Below, in pieces: positions 20,901-32,084 of a stretch of 36,711 bases of DNA. The stretch is from Sporopachydermia quercuum (lineage: Eukaryota). Below the pieces are notes generated by a model. It did not search any database. It had not been told where the DNA came from and was given only the letters and a program-made list of their open reading frames with translations. Numbering within the stretch: the first letter of the stretch is position 1; each line of letters begins with the position of its first letter. The DNA is taken from contig BCGN01000011.1 in assembly GCA_001599295.1 (NCBI GenBank), positions 372,001-408,711 on the forward strand. The letters are read 5' to 3'. The translations under genes and the position numbers were made by a program.

Positions 20901-22548
20901 ATAGTAGCACCTGTAGGACTACTGGGAGCTGTTCCGGAGGTCTCCTGGAGCTTGAGCCAAATCTAAGCCACATTTCAAATGCTGTGAGGTGTTCTTCAAA
21001 GAATGTTGAGTGTTTATACTCGTAAGGAGTGCCGTCTTTGGCAGATTTACGGAGGGCGCCGAGCTGCGCCACACACTGGTCCAAAGCAAGGTCCCAGGAG
21101 TCCCATATGGGATGAGAATGAGTCTGAGGCAAAGGAGGATCTGAAATCGGATGGCAATTATGATTGCGCATTATTCTTTCCGCGAGAAGGAAGTTTCGGA
21201 ATAAAGCGGCCACCATTAGATCTTGACGGAAGAGTCTCTTGAACAAGGGTCTCGGTAACGATGTCCAGGCAATCGTGTCCGTTATAGCTGTGAAAATCCA
21301 GTTGAGTTCTCCTAATGGTGTACGACGGTCCGCTAGTTTCCCTGGGATAGTAAAATCTGTAAGCTTTCCGTGTCCCAAGGGATTCTGGAGCATGAACCAC
21401 CGGACAGAGATGTCTATAGGAGAAGTCAAACAGCAAGTGAATAAGTCAGCAGGAAGGTCTGGATGCATCGGCAAGTACTCGTTAGCCTGACAAGCAGCTA
21501 ACTGAATACATTCTTTATAAGCCGACACAGGAGAACTGGCAGTAGAATCAGTCAGACCCTCTTTTTCGTCATCGATTCTCTTTTGGACAAACCGTTTGAA
21601 GTTCGTGACAATATGTCCTGCAGTATGACAATCCCATACAAATATACATGGGGCTCCAATCCATGACTGGAGGTCATACAGTGAGATAGGGATATATTGG
21701 GTATAATTTCTGTTGAAGACCCATATTTCACCAGATGGGGTTGATTGGGGGACCCCATGTCCGTTATAATGAAATAAAATGCGTTCATCTTTAGCAGTTC
21801 TTCGTAGAGACGCACAGAATCTTCGCGCCTCTTCGACACTTGGGTCAAGGGACTGTTTATACCGGGTTCGCACACTCAAAGTCTCGTACTGAGCTTGTAG
21901 ATTTTTGCCAATTTGTTCAATGGCCTTTTTCGGGTCTACAAACGCAGCCGGATCAACCCAAGCTTCTAATTTGGCGCAGGGTTGAGTCTTGATAATGTCA
22001 GGAGGATCGACACCGAGATTTAGACATAGCACTAAAGCAGCAGCAATAGTCTTTTGACGGTCTTTCAGTATTTTCCAGTCAGACACAAATATGTCGTCTT
22101 CTGTTGGAACCTTTGGTACAGCCGCCGTGTCATGCTTCTTGTCTTCATAGTAAATCAAAAAGTTCTTTGCCAAAGCTGACATGAATCCTTCAGTATTGTA
22201 CTCTGCATCAAAACCATGTCGCATTTGAGTGTTGAGCGTGAGATAGCGTAGATTCTTGCTACGCATAGCATTGGAGTTGACTGAANCAGTGTTCGCCATA
22301 CGGTTTATCTGTTGATTCAACTGTGAGTTGTTTTCCCGGTTGGAATGCCCATTTGCTTGTATTTCTGGTCCTGGAGATGCGATGGTATTAGTTGGTGGAG
22401 CCAAGGGATCATCTGGAGACAAGTGGGTCGTCTGTTGATTTGAATTCGTTCTGGCAGTTCTTCTTCCTGCTGAGTTTGCATTGAACTCGCCCTTTTTGGA
22501 CGAACCAATGTTGATTGTGACTGATGTTGAAGGCGGTTGTTGCATCAT
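17995..22548 (-). CDS. KOG1: TORC1 subunit Kog1/Raptor (1517 aa, intronless)
   Basis: Raptor N-terminal domain (ALVLCLNLGVDPPD, ERILFHYNGHGVP, GEIWVFNRNYTQYIP, LPADLFTCCLTSP, RRTPLGELNWIFTAITDTIAW), armadillo/HEAT region (PPEQLPVVLQVLLSQVHRLRAL, ALSIGIFPYVLKLLQS) and C-terminal WD40 repeats. Confidence 0.98.
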   Translation of the reverse strand: MMQQPPSTSVTINIGSSKKGEFNANSAGRRTARTNSNQQTTHLSPDDPLAPPTNTIASPGPEIQANGHSNRENNSQLNQQINRMANTXSVNSNAMRSKNLRYLTLNTQMRHGFDAEYNTEGFMSALAKNFLIYYEDKKHDTAAVPKVPTEDDIFVSDWKILKDRQKTIAAALVLCLNLGVDPPDIIKTQPCAKLEAWVDPAAFVDPKKAIEQIGKNLQAQYETLSVRTRYKQSLDPSVEEARRFCASLRRTAKDERILFHYNGHGVPQSTPSGEIWVFNRNYTQYIPISLYDLQSWIGAPCIFVWDCHTAGHIVTNFKRFVQKRIDDEKEGLTDSTASSPVSAYKECIQLAACQANEYLPMHPDLPADLFTCCLTSPIDISVRWFMLQNPLGHGKLTDFTIPGKLADRRTPLGELNWIFTAITDTIAWTSLPRPLFKRLFRQDLMVAALFRNFLLAERIMRNHNCHPISDPPLPQTHSHPIWDSWDLALDQCVAQLGALRKSAKDGTPYEYKHSTFFEEHLTAFEMWLRFGSSSRRPPEQLPVVLQVLLSQVHRLRALVLLSRFLDLGPWAVYLALSIGIFPYVLKLLQSPAQELKPVLVFIWARIMAVDYANTQQDLMKDRGYIYFVQILSPATVLPMIASDAYNLRAMCAFVLTLFCKGFPAGQRAVAVPEVLRACVAHIKVTEMPLLREWCCLLLAQLWDGQPDAKIIALREGVPEELLALLDDPIPEVRTACLYALRTFTGTEPIGGAAEAAQMADGGHTSATATATATAPASAAGNSXNTGGAGTRSEESLGMGVNNKIPEEIVRQEVRAIISALKVSDDGSAVVRRELVFLLGKFVKRYLGRFLVAAYAQLVEEIVLAEDPGRLEELRPQSPAYRTGFASIWKCLLTLSTDPFLEVLIQGSRVVDYVFARLLESELGDEVRDQIAFLAAQQPGIPSVVQSGGELRGVGGKPVISKVTGGKLAETVPLTTLSPASTSASSSYRNIQGPRTIPISSDVHNRTSAELPNSWESANTISEAAKMFSESMTRSLANLVEKLGFDSGIIGMSGTPGTAETQRNAQRPEQKKXPMTQSYGTVKMPLTPRLDRLAPADKSGKXITGPSGPGAGMSALQPYFELNQDSVTFPVCSGFFKWSCEYFSEPQMKRQEMDEPGSVEYTKRIWRRNRNEQIMIETQPQKELAVNGSWRTQIGYFNNGTQPKKLLFSQFEPFMAVTDDRDNVSIWDWTNNTLMNRFCNGNPFGTKITDVKFINEDDEPLLLTGTSDGVVXIFKNFXDNRNMQLVTSWRALSEMLISSRTKGLVSEWQQSRGTLLVSGDVKVIRVWDAARELCISEIPGRSSSTLSSLSSDQVAGDVITAGFGDGTIRVYDRRLDSRDCMVRLWKSDSDWIINLHMQRGGYRELASGSVNGKVNLWDIRMDEPVVQFRAYERNMTTMQIHEHAPVIATGSRSVKIFTTNGEEVSSIKNPGGYMLHSRASFLSDVCFHPHRMVLASSNLHETSVNIFNCTENLKHEFR

Positions 22549-24568
22549 TGTTGTTAACGGACTTTAGTCAGATGAATTAATATGTGCATTTATTGAATAC
22601 AAGTTAACAAAAAACAGCGTATGCGTATAGGAAATATAAATAACGAAAGACAACTGTGGGAGACTCTTGGATCCTGCAACAGAAGGTCACAGATACAACT
22701 CCGACGGAAGTTGATTGAATTTCCAGCTGGGAAACCTGACTGATAAAACTAAACAGTCAGATATAAAATCGATATAAACCTGTCAGCAAAAATGCAGTTT
22801 TCAGTCACAATTCTGTCCTAACTATGGATAGGATTATGGATGATTGATTGCTTTCAATTGTCATACAACAGTTAACAGGACACTGTCTGCACTCATGGTA
22901 TGGGTGAGTTGAATTGCTTAGAAAATGTACTGGTTAGCGATCAGGTTGAAGATAGCAAGATTTGTAAGCCAGATATTAAAAGTGAAGGCCCATTGACAAT
23001 TCAATCGATGGGGGTTATATAATGGTGATGGATAGTAGGCAGAAAGATACGGATAGTAGATAATAGATAATATAAGTTGGTAATATGGAAGGACAAAAAT
23101 GGGGATTCGGGCCCATTTGGGTTTCCGGAATTTTGGCTTGAATCACATATTCTCCGTAATGATGATTTCGGAAATGATGCTGTGATAATGAGGTAGAGAA
23201 ATATAGTGGGAAACAGGGGACGTTTTAGACAGCAACAATGGTTAGGTAATAAGGTTAAGTATTCTTTTAGAGATAGATTCCGTATGGGTTTTGAAGGAGG
23301 TTGCCCAAAAATATCAATGCTTTATTGAATAATAATTCGCTGACAGAACTCAACCATCACATAATATATATTATTGATTACCTCATCATATAATCGTATG
23401 CTGATTGCTAGTGTCTTATTATGAGTAAAAGACAGGCGACTATCAGGACACAAAATAAGGACAGGTGGAATGGGACATGTGACAACAGTGATATATGGAT
23501 GGAGATCAAAGAGCGTAAGAGTTTTGAAAATTGAAGTAAATACTAGAAATAGGGACTAAATGATTTGATTTAAGAAAGATTAGCCCCACTTCTAGTATAA
23601 ACACTAGCAACAATTATCTGTTCAGATCTCGAACCGTCAACATTATCTGCTTTCATGACAATAGTCTGTGAGGTAATAGACAATCAAAGATAACGACTTT
23701 TTACCTTGGTAACAACTTTTCATGGAATGCATTGTTCTGCATATATATCTCCCAACTAGCTTCTAAACTCTCCTTTTAATCTTTTTTTAACATTTCATCA
23801 CACGCACTCTTCCGCATGTTTGCGCAATTATACATGCTGCCTCCCCTGGTATACTCGGGTTAATGAAATAACTCTGTCATGTGGAAAACATGTCACAGTT
23901 ATTAATATCAATGTCATGAATGNCAATGAAGGTCATCGATTTTTTACATCTCAAACCCTACGAATAACAATTAATTTAAGACTATAAATCAGCAATTTCG
24001 CTGTAATTTCTCATCTTATTACTTTGAACAAACTGGTCTTAAAATCACACNAGCCAAACTACAAAGTTTGCAGAAGATACACAGAAAATGATCCACACAA
24101 GTTCAGTAAGACAATGGGACATAGTATCAAGACATTTGACTCGTCCTGACAGTTCATGACATAAGAGCCTTTTTTGCATTTTATGAAACATCTTTTGCTA
24201 TATTTTAATAATTTTTATTACTGTACCAATGTCATACTGCATTTTACGGCAACTTTTTCTTTCATTATAGAGCAGCTATATACATTAACAGTCAGCAGAA
24301 CACTATATAAAGGTTGAAGGTATGAAAAGAATAGCAAAAGCGGATTAATAACATCAACAGAAGAAAAGCATTTATCCTTATTGTTGTGTATGACACAGGT
24401 ACCCCTATTCCCTTTCACAATCGAAACCAGTATTCGTCCATACACTATCAACGTGTTTGGTAGGTGTTCTCATTGTTATAGCTTATAACTTGCAAGCAAG
24501 GATCTGTCATCCATAAATCAACAACGCAGTCAGAATCTGTTTGATCTGAATAGTTGCTAGTATAAAAG

Positions 24569-26056
24569 ATGCCAGCAACACCAGATATCAGTATTACTAC
24601 GGACCTGGCAGATGAAGATGTTCAACTAAACGATATCAATGATTCGTTTCCAAACAATGGAACCATCGCTGGAGCTGCNTCAGTAGCTCTATCATCATCA
24701 TCATCATCAAAATCCACAGCAAGATCAATAAATCTACAATCAACTACTATCCCAACAAACAATAGTACATCCACATCCACATCACCGTCATTAACGTTTT
24801 ATCAACGAATGCTATCTGCTTGTACAGGCTCGCTATTAACATCCTTTATCGTCACACCTTTTGACGTAGTAAGAGTACGAATTCAGCAACAACATGCATC
24901 AGCTTCAATGAAACCCGCTCCAATGTCATTTCAGAAACTCAGCTTACCAGGACAGTTCGTATCCCCCGCAGGAAGACTTAGTCATATTGCNTCTCAGACT
25001 CCATCGCAACTGGGCATTTCTATCTGCTGTCGTGATGTATTTTGGTCTCCAACGCAACCTCAATTAAACTACTGTGCAGTAGGCACTCAGAGCACTAGCG
25101 TATCATCAAGTTTGGGGTCATTAGCCAATGGATGTAAGATAGGTATTCAGTCGGCTATGCAGACCATTCCACTTGCTGCTGAGACCTCAGACAAACTAAC
25201 TGGTACTTGGCAAGCGTTAAAACGAATAGCTAAAGTTGAAGGACTCTCGACATTATGGAGAGGTCTCTCGCTTACGTTGGTAATGGCTGCCCCTTCAAAT
25301 GTAGTTTACTTCACTGGTTATGAATATCTAAGAGATAATTCTCCAATTAGAGACTGGTCTGGCAACTATTTAATATGTGGAATGATTGCTAGGATTCTTG
25401 CCGCTACTTCTGTTTCCCCTTTAGAACTAATAAAGACAAGGCTGCAGTCTTTACCTAGAGATCGTAGCACCAATAATTCAGGATTAATGTCGTTCCGGAC
25501 TACTATCAGAGACGTCAAAGTTATGGTACAGGCCGATGGAATGAAAGCTCTGTACAAAGGTCTTTCTCTTACATTATGGAGAGATGTGCCATTCTCAGGA
25601 ATATATTGGGCATGCTATGAAACCTTGAAAGCGAATTTAACGAAGAAGTTCCCCGGAAATACTACTGGGGATATTTCTAATGCTAGTACCAATGTACCAT
25701 CAANTAACAATATGTCTTCCTCACAGTCATATTCAATAGATCCTCGGTTGTTTTCCCTTAGTTTTGTTTCTGGAAGCATGTCTGGTATTATAGCTGCATT
25801 GGCAACAAATCCTTTTGATGTCGGTAAAACAAGACAACAGGTATCACGACCAGACATATCACATGCTGTGAAGAAGCCTATGCATTCGGAGAATATGTTC
25901 AAGTATCTTNATACGATCATGAAGAATGAAGGACCCGGTGCTTTATATGTAGGTGTTGTTCCTCGGATGTTGAAGATTGCGCCAGCTTGTGCTATTATGA
26001 TATCAACTTATGAATTGGGAAAACACTTTTTTGAGAGATATAATGTATCACACTAA
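24569..26056 (+). CDS. MTM1: Mitochondrial carrier of the Mtm1/SLC25A39-40 family (495 aa)
   Basis: Three carrier signatures ([24 protein letters not shown]), plus [46 protein letters not shown] and [14 protein letters not shown]. There is a long Cys-containing loop after TM1. Confidence 0.92.
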   Translation: MPATPDISITTDLADEDVQLNDINDSFPNNGTIAGAXSVALSSSSSSKSTARSINLQSTTIPTNNSTSTSTSPSLTFYQRMLSACTGSLLTSFIVTPFDVVRVRIQQQHASASMKPAPMSFQKLSLPGQFVSPAGRLSHIXSQTPSQLGISICCRDVFWSPTQPQLNYCAVGTQSTSVSSSLGSLANGCKIGIQSAMQTIPLAAETSDKLTGTWQALKRIAKVEGLSTLWRGLSLTLVMAAPSNVVYFTGYEYLRDNSPIRDWSGNYLICGMIARILAATSVSPLELIKTRLQSLPRDRSTNNSGLMSFRTTIRDVKVMVQADGMKALYKGLSLTLWRDVPFSGIYWACYETLKANLTKKFPGNTTGDISNASTNVPSXNNMSSSQSYSIDPRLFSLSFVSGSMSGIIAALATNPFDVGKTRQQVSRPDISHAVKKPMHSENMFKYLXTIMKNEGPGALYVGVVPRMLKIAPACAIMISTYELGKHFFERYNVSH

Positions 26057-26910
26057 GGGTAGTAGGGATAATGAAGAAGGGAGGATAGCAAATGATTAGA
26101 AGGTAATGGATAATAGCGTTTGGAATGGATTTCGGATTAGCAGGGCGAAAGGACAAGATGATAGCTTGATAACGTTGGAGATAAAGAGAATTTAATGAAT
26201 GGATTAGCGGGCTCTACTGTTGATATATCTTAATTTATGATATTTGGCCACTGATTGATTGTAGTACTGTTATGATTAGAATAACAGCTTCAAACAGTCA
26301 TAGTATGAGTGTGACAATACTACCTCAGATAATTCATTTGTTTGAATACCAGTATTTAGTCATATGGAGTCATATCAGCATCTTACTGGTTATCATTCGT
26401 TAGCAATTTCTTCAGCTCGTCAAATAGAAGAAAACCTTGTAAATAAATATAAATCAACTCGAATAATAGATAATAATAATGGGGTAGAGATTTCAGCTTA
26501 TAGTGAACGATTGACAGAGTATTATAATAGGATTGTAGAAAGGGAATGATATACTAGGTTGCCGATTAATAGATAAACAAGTAAACATTGTTATTAAAAT
26601 GTAAGCACTTTCAACACTAAANCGATGTTGACTGCTGCCGATAATAGAGTAAAATCCATAATGTACAAGTTGCCAACAATGTATTCTAGCAATGTCCTTT
26701 AATACTTACATTGAATCCTCTGAGACAGAAATTCAGTTTAATCCAAGAATACAACGACCAATTATGATAAGCACGTATTGTGATAAAATTATGTATTACC
26801 ACAAATATTAAATAGCAACTAAACAAATCTCGGTATTCCTCCTCATAGTAATGTCGATCTTCATAATCTAATAAACACCTTACTCCACCCTAAANAACGC
26901 TCAAATCAAA

Positions 26911-28352
26911 TCAACTATCCCAAGCTGAACTGAATCCTTGCTCAAGTCCTGTTGATATAAATTCAGTTCTATTCTCCTTCCCCAATGTCAGATCAACATC
27001 TTTCAACCCAGGACCACTTTCATTCTCAGTATAATGCGACCTCTTACCTGGTGTGCTCAAACCAGATTTNTTCTTCGTGATGTTGGAATAAGGATTGCTC
27101 GATCTGTCTATCGTGTGCATATTGATTTGTGCTTGCGTGTGCCCGTGTGTTGAGANTGACTTATGCGATTTGGATGTTTTGGAAGGTGAATTTGAGTTAT
27201 CAACAGGTGTTTGCTTCATAATGCTCAAATCGTTAATTAGTTTGAGCGATGATTTTACATCCTTCATATTTTTGTTACCTGGAGCAGTCTTGCCTTGTGC
27301 TTGACTATGATCACTGAGTACGTTGCTTTTGGAACTTGAACGTTTCAACGACAGAATCCGTCCTGATATCTTTCTTACCAAAGGGTTATCAAATGATTGG
27401 GATAAAAAACCTGTATACGGTTGGTACTTCGCTGTGTTGATGTTGTTTTTATCCTTGACAGCGTTAGTGTTGGAAGATGTATAGTTACCTAGTGACATAT
27501 TTAGTCCTTCGTCAATGCTACCGTTAATCATGTCACCATCTGTTTCAAGCAGCTCTACACCTAGGGTATCCATAAGATAATCACAGTTACGTAGTTTTCT
27601 AGCCCCAACGTTTCTAACAGCGAGAAAGTAATCCAAGAAGCTGAATCTAAGACCATCATTAATACTTCGCAGTAATTGATCTTCGATAACATCAGCAGAG
27701 CATTCAACTTCTTCTAATTCTTCTTTCACAAGTACAACAGATGGCAAATGACTAGAAAGGCTTTTTGTTTCCGCTTCTTTAAGAGTTCGGTTCAATTTGG
27801 AAACCTTTGTTCTTGCTTCCATGGCTTTATTTTCTCGTTTTTCGACAAATCCCAGTTGATTTTGAATGTCTTCTTGTTTTGCTAGTAGTTCTCGGTCAAC
27901 TGTTATATCATCTGGGGTAACAAATTATATAGTTAGTACGAGAACATATCAGGGATCGGAACATAAGGGATCACTTAAGACAACAAAGAGAACTTAGAGT
28001 GAAAATAAAACAATATTATTTCATATGAAATCCATGTTTGTCCAACAATTCATGACACAAGGTAATCCATACGATCAAATGATCTGACAATATATCCTAA
28101 TGACTTCCTGCAGTCATTATTGGGTATAGTGGAGATCCAATCGTTCAGATCTTTATTGAATTCTTCGTATTGGAGTAGAAATTTCTTCTGCGTTCTGATA
28201 AGCTTCTTCATTCTATTCCCCAAATGTTTTGTTTTTATTTTAGAGGCTGTTGAACTTGAGTTAATACCGATTAGCCCTGCTAATCTATCAGTAGCAGAAC
28301 TGCTACCACAAGAGTCATTTGGGTAGGTTAGAAGCCCAGATTGTTGATTCAT
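26911..28352 (-). CDS. Divergent Pil1/Lsp1-type BAR-domain protein with a Ser/Lys/Asn-rich tail, possibly Ssp1/Meu14-like (426 aa; exons 28352-28073, 27911-26911)
   Basis: Intron 28072-27912 (GTATGG/TACTAAC/CAG) joins the 100-aa and 303-aa ORFs in frame (C|AT = His). The helical region aligns by eye to recalled Pil1 sequence: DLNDW~QLSIW and LVKEELEEVECSADVIEDQL..LRFSF~VLEQELVRAEAESLVAEAQL..LRAAF. The gene model is firm; the family call is less so. Confidence 0.7.
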
Positions 28353-29232
28353 AATGAAGGTAATTCTAAATTATTGGAATTAAGAAAGTTAACCAGAAGC
28401 CTTTTGACAATCAAATTGACTCTTCTTCTCTACTATTAATAATTTATTAGCTCGTTATCAGCCTAAGCAAACCAGTTCAACTAGCAAACAGTCAAGCTAT
28501 CCAACTATATGATGACCAAGATGNTCGCGATATAAGTAAGCGTACTCTATTGTGAACTAAGATCCCTCTTCAGCTACATAGTATATCACTTATATTAATA
28601 TAAAATTTTCATTAGTCAATACGTAGATAATCTATCATACAGGCAACAGATAGTAATAACAAACAAGAGTAATGCTATGGGAGCCGAATTGTAGCAGATA
28701 GTTAGTTGAATTGCACAAAGGTATATTGGTTATCTCATTGTGATAATTTCCTTATCAGTAGGTTTGTGATGTGGAAAGATGACAATCAAAATATTACGTA
28801 ATCACAAAATAAGAATAGTATTAGCGGAAATGATTTCTTGCTATAATCTCCGCAATGGTGCCCTTATTCCGAACCATCCCGAACCCTCAGATCACCTAAT
28901 CGAAAAGCAACTTTAAGGATGATTGCCGATCAATATTGGCACTTTTCGACCAATTTTCTGTACACTTTTTTACAGTATTGTTATGCTTAAATATATAATA
29001 AATAAATAAGGAACTTAGTGGTATCGAAACTGAGAGAAATACAATTTGAAGTATTCACCTACAAAGTCTAACAGTGATAATGTAAATGCAACGAAGCTCA
29101 GTTCGATATCAATTTAATCAAGATCAAAATATAACAAACGATCAAGCAATTATATGAATAAATAACGGAAAAGAAAAAGGAAAATAAGTATGAATAGTCA
29201 CAAGAATAAATAAATAATAAATAAATGAATGT

Positions 29233-31170
29233 TTAGTACACACGCTTTCCTGGTGGGACAGACTTGCATTCATTAGGATCCAGAGTTTCATAAATGACAT
29301 CTCTATACTTTAATTCAATTTCATCACCAGGCTTGTGTTGCCATGATAAAGTGTGCTTCATCCAGTTAACGTCATCTCTTTCAGGGTAATCTTCCCTAGC
29401 ATGAGCACCTCTTGATTCCTTTCTAGCGACAGCAGAGTAAGCAGTTTGCATAGCACAAGTCAACAAGTTGGATAATTCTAAAGTTTCCACCATGTCAGAG
29501 TTCCAGATCATTGATCTATCAGAGGTACCAACTTCAGGGAACGTTCTGTCAACTTCAGTGATACCCTTCACACCATCTTCCAAAGATTCTTGAGTTCTAA
29601 ACACGGAAACATCCTTTTGCATAGTCTTTTGCATAGCAAGTCTGATAGAAGCAGTAGATCTGGGACCAGAAGCAGTTCTAGCATGATCGAGTCTTTCAAT
29701 AGATTCCTTACCAATATCAGCTGAGACTGCCTTATGAGGAGTGCCTGGCTTCAATTGTCCTTCGATGGTATGAGCAACAGCTCTACCAAAGACAACTAAA
29801 TCCAATAGCGAATTAGCACCAAGACGGTTGGCACCGTGGACAGAGACACATGCTGCTTCACCACAAGCCAGTAAACCTGGAACGACCTTCTCTTTTCCAT
29901 TTTCATCTAAGGTCAAAACTTCACCATTCCACTTGGTTGGAATACCACCCATATTGTAATGGACAGTAGGGATAACAGGAATAGGTTCCTTGGTGACATC
30001 AACACCGGCGAAAATAGAAGCAGTTTCAGAAATACCTGGTAATCTTTCCTTTAAGACTGAAGCAGGCAAGTGAGAAAGTTGTAAGTAAATATGATCCTTT
30101 TCAGGGCCAACACCACGTCCACCACGGATTTCCATAGTCATAGATCTAGAAACAACGTCTCTTGAGGCTAAATCCTTAGCAGTTGGAGCATATCTTTCCA
30201 TAAATCTTTCACCTTCACTGTTTAATAAATAACCACCTTCACCACGAGCACCTTCAGTGATCAAACAACCTGATCCATAAATGCCGGAAGGATGGAATTG
30301 AACGAATTCCAAATCTTGTAATGGTAAACCAGCTCTAGTAACCATGGCGTTACCATCACCAGTACAAGTGTGTGCAGAAGTACATGAGAAGTAAGCTCTT
30401 CCGTAACCACCAGTAGCCAAAACAGTCTTATGAGCTCTAAATCTGTGAAGAGTACCATCTTCTTGGTTATAAGCAATCACACCAACGCATTCACCATCTT
30501 CCATCAATAAATCTAGAGCGAAGAATTCAATGAAAAATTGAGTGTTGTGTCGAAGAGATTGTCCATAAAGAGTGTGGAGCAAAGCGTGACCGGTACGATC
30601 AGCAACGGCACAAGTTCTGTAAGCCTGACCACCTTTTCCGTATTCCTTAGACTGTCCACCAAAGGCTCTTTGGTAGATTTTACCTTCTTCAGTTCTAGAG
30701 AAAGGACATCCGTAATGTTCTAATTCAATGATAGATGCAGGGGCTTCTCTGGTCATATAATGAATAGCATCTTGATCACCTAACCAATCGGAACCCTTGA
30801 CGGTGTCATACATGTGCCAATGCCAGTCATCAGGGTGCATATTACCTAGGGCTGCGTTGATACCACCTTGAGCAGCAACAGTGTGGGAACGAGTAGGGAA
30901 AAGCTTTGAAATACAAGCAGTTTTGTATCCAGCAGTAGCCAAACCAAAAGCAGCTCTCAAACCGGCACCACCAGCACCAACGACTACACAATCATATTCG
31001 TGATCAATGACATGGTACTGCTTGCTTAAATAACTTGAAGCTTCGGTACCTTTAGGTACTTCGTTTGCAATAACCTTATAAGAAGTTCTTGTGACGGAGA
31101 AGTTTCTCACTGATTGTGCTAAACCACTTGTCTTAACTGAAAGCTTCTTAGAAGCAAATGATCGCAACAT
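29233..31170 (-). CDS. SDH1: Succinate dehydrogenase flavoprotein subunit, mitochondrial (645 aa)
   Basis: Presequence [18 protein letters not shown]-binding [13 protein letters not shown], covalent-FAD motif [36 protein letters not shown] and C-terminal RVY. Confidence 0.99.
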   Translation of the reverse strand: MLRSFASKKLSVKTSGLAQSVRNFSVTRTSYKVIANEVPKGTEASSYLSKQYHVIDHEYDCVVVGAGGAGLRAAFGLATAGYKTACISKLFPTRSHTVAAQGGINAALGNMHPDDWHWHMYDTVKGSDWLGDQDAIHYMTREAPASIIELEHYGCPFSRTEEGKIYQRAFGGQSKEYGKGGQAYRTCAVADRTGHALLHTLYGQSLRHNTQFFIEFFALDLLMEDGECVGVIAYNQEDGTLHRFRAHKTVLATGGYGRAYFSCTSAHTCTGDGNAMVTRAGLPLQDLEFVQFHPSGIYGSGCLITEGARGEGGYLLNSEGERFMERYAPTAKDLASRDVVSRSMTMEIRGGRGVGPEKDHIYLQLSHLPASVLKERLPGISETASIFAGVDVTKEPIPVIPTVHYNMGGIPTKWNGEVLTLDENGKEKVVPGLLACGEAACVSVHGANRLGANSLLDLVVFGRAVAHTIEGQLKPGTPHKAVSADIGKESIERLDHARTASGPRSTASIRLAMQKTMQKDVSVFRTQESLEDGVKGITEVDRTFPEVGTSDRSMIWNSDMVETLELSNLLTCAMQTAYSAVARKESRGAHAREDYPERDDVNWMKHTLSWQHKPGDEIELKYRDVIYETLDPNECKSVPPGKRVY

Positions 31171-31519
31171 TTCGCCTGGGTATTGAATGTGATAATGACA
31201 ATAATAAATGTATATACGTAGATACTACCAATTGAATAATATCAGCTATTGTTTCGGAATAGGATATTCTTCAAATCAGCAAAATGCAAAAATAATTAGA
31301 TTTTTCAATCAAACAAGTCGCTTTTCTTTTCAAATCTTGACTATCGAAATCAAAACGCCTGTAGATTACTTGAATGTTACTGCTAATTAATTTGATTATT
31401 GAATAGTATCAAATCAAATATCTAACAAGTCAAAGTCAAACTATCAAACTGGTATCTGCAAACTCCTAACTATAAGATCTTTCTTTTCGATTGCAGTAGC
31501 TCGGTTGAAAAAACTGTGT

Positions 31520-32084
31520 ATTGGTCTAATAGCAAACTTGCTTAGTTGTTGATTCAGCTCTTAAAGGTATAAATACCGAGAAGAAACAGTTTTAAGAAAA
31601 AAGAAGTTTTGTTTGAGTCTCAAGGCAAGTAGAAAGGAAGAAACAGTTGGTGGAAATGGGAGAGAAGTAAAGAAGTGTACGAAGCGGGTGGAAGGGGAAG
31701 GAAAACAAGATTCGGAAAAGATGCGGAAGGATGTACTGAAAAGGTGTACGATTGGGAAGAGATGAGATATGATGAGTAGAACTGAAGAAGGTAAGACAAG
31801 TGAAGGAAAGGAAATAAAATATAGAAAAAGGAGAATTGTGTTCAGAAATTATAGGTTTCGGCAAATTTGCCTTTTATCGAAAAAAAGATGATAAATTATG
31901 ATGTAAAAATGAAGTATTCTGTTGTAAGGTAGAAATAATATGGTAGTTGTAAAGTGGAAAATATGAAATTTTATCGTTTCCGAAATGTGCTATTCTAGCC
32001 AATAATTAATGGGGAAAAGCAAGCCATTGGTGGAAATTGTCAAATGTGGAGGTGNATTGTCACCGAAATTTTGATATCAATTGG
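31520..32084 (-). promoter_or_regulatory. SDH1 promoter with CCAAT boxes and a pyrimidine-rich sense-strand tract
   Basis: ATTGG/CCAAT at 31520-31524, 31999-32003, 32026-32030 and 32080-32084; strongly purine-rich + strand at ~31595-31850. HAP (CCAAT-binding) control of SDH1 is established in S. cerevisiae. Confidence 0.45.
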
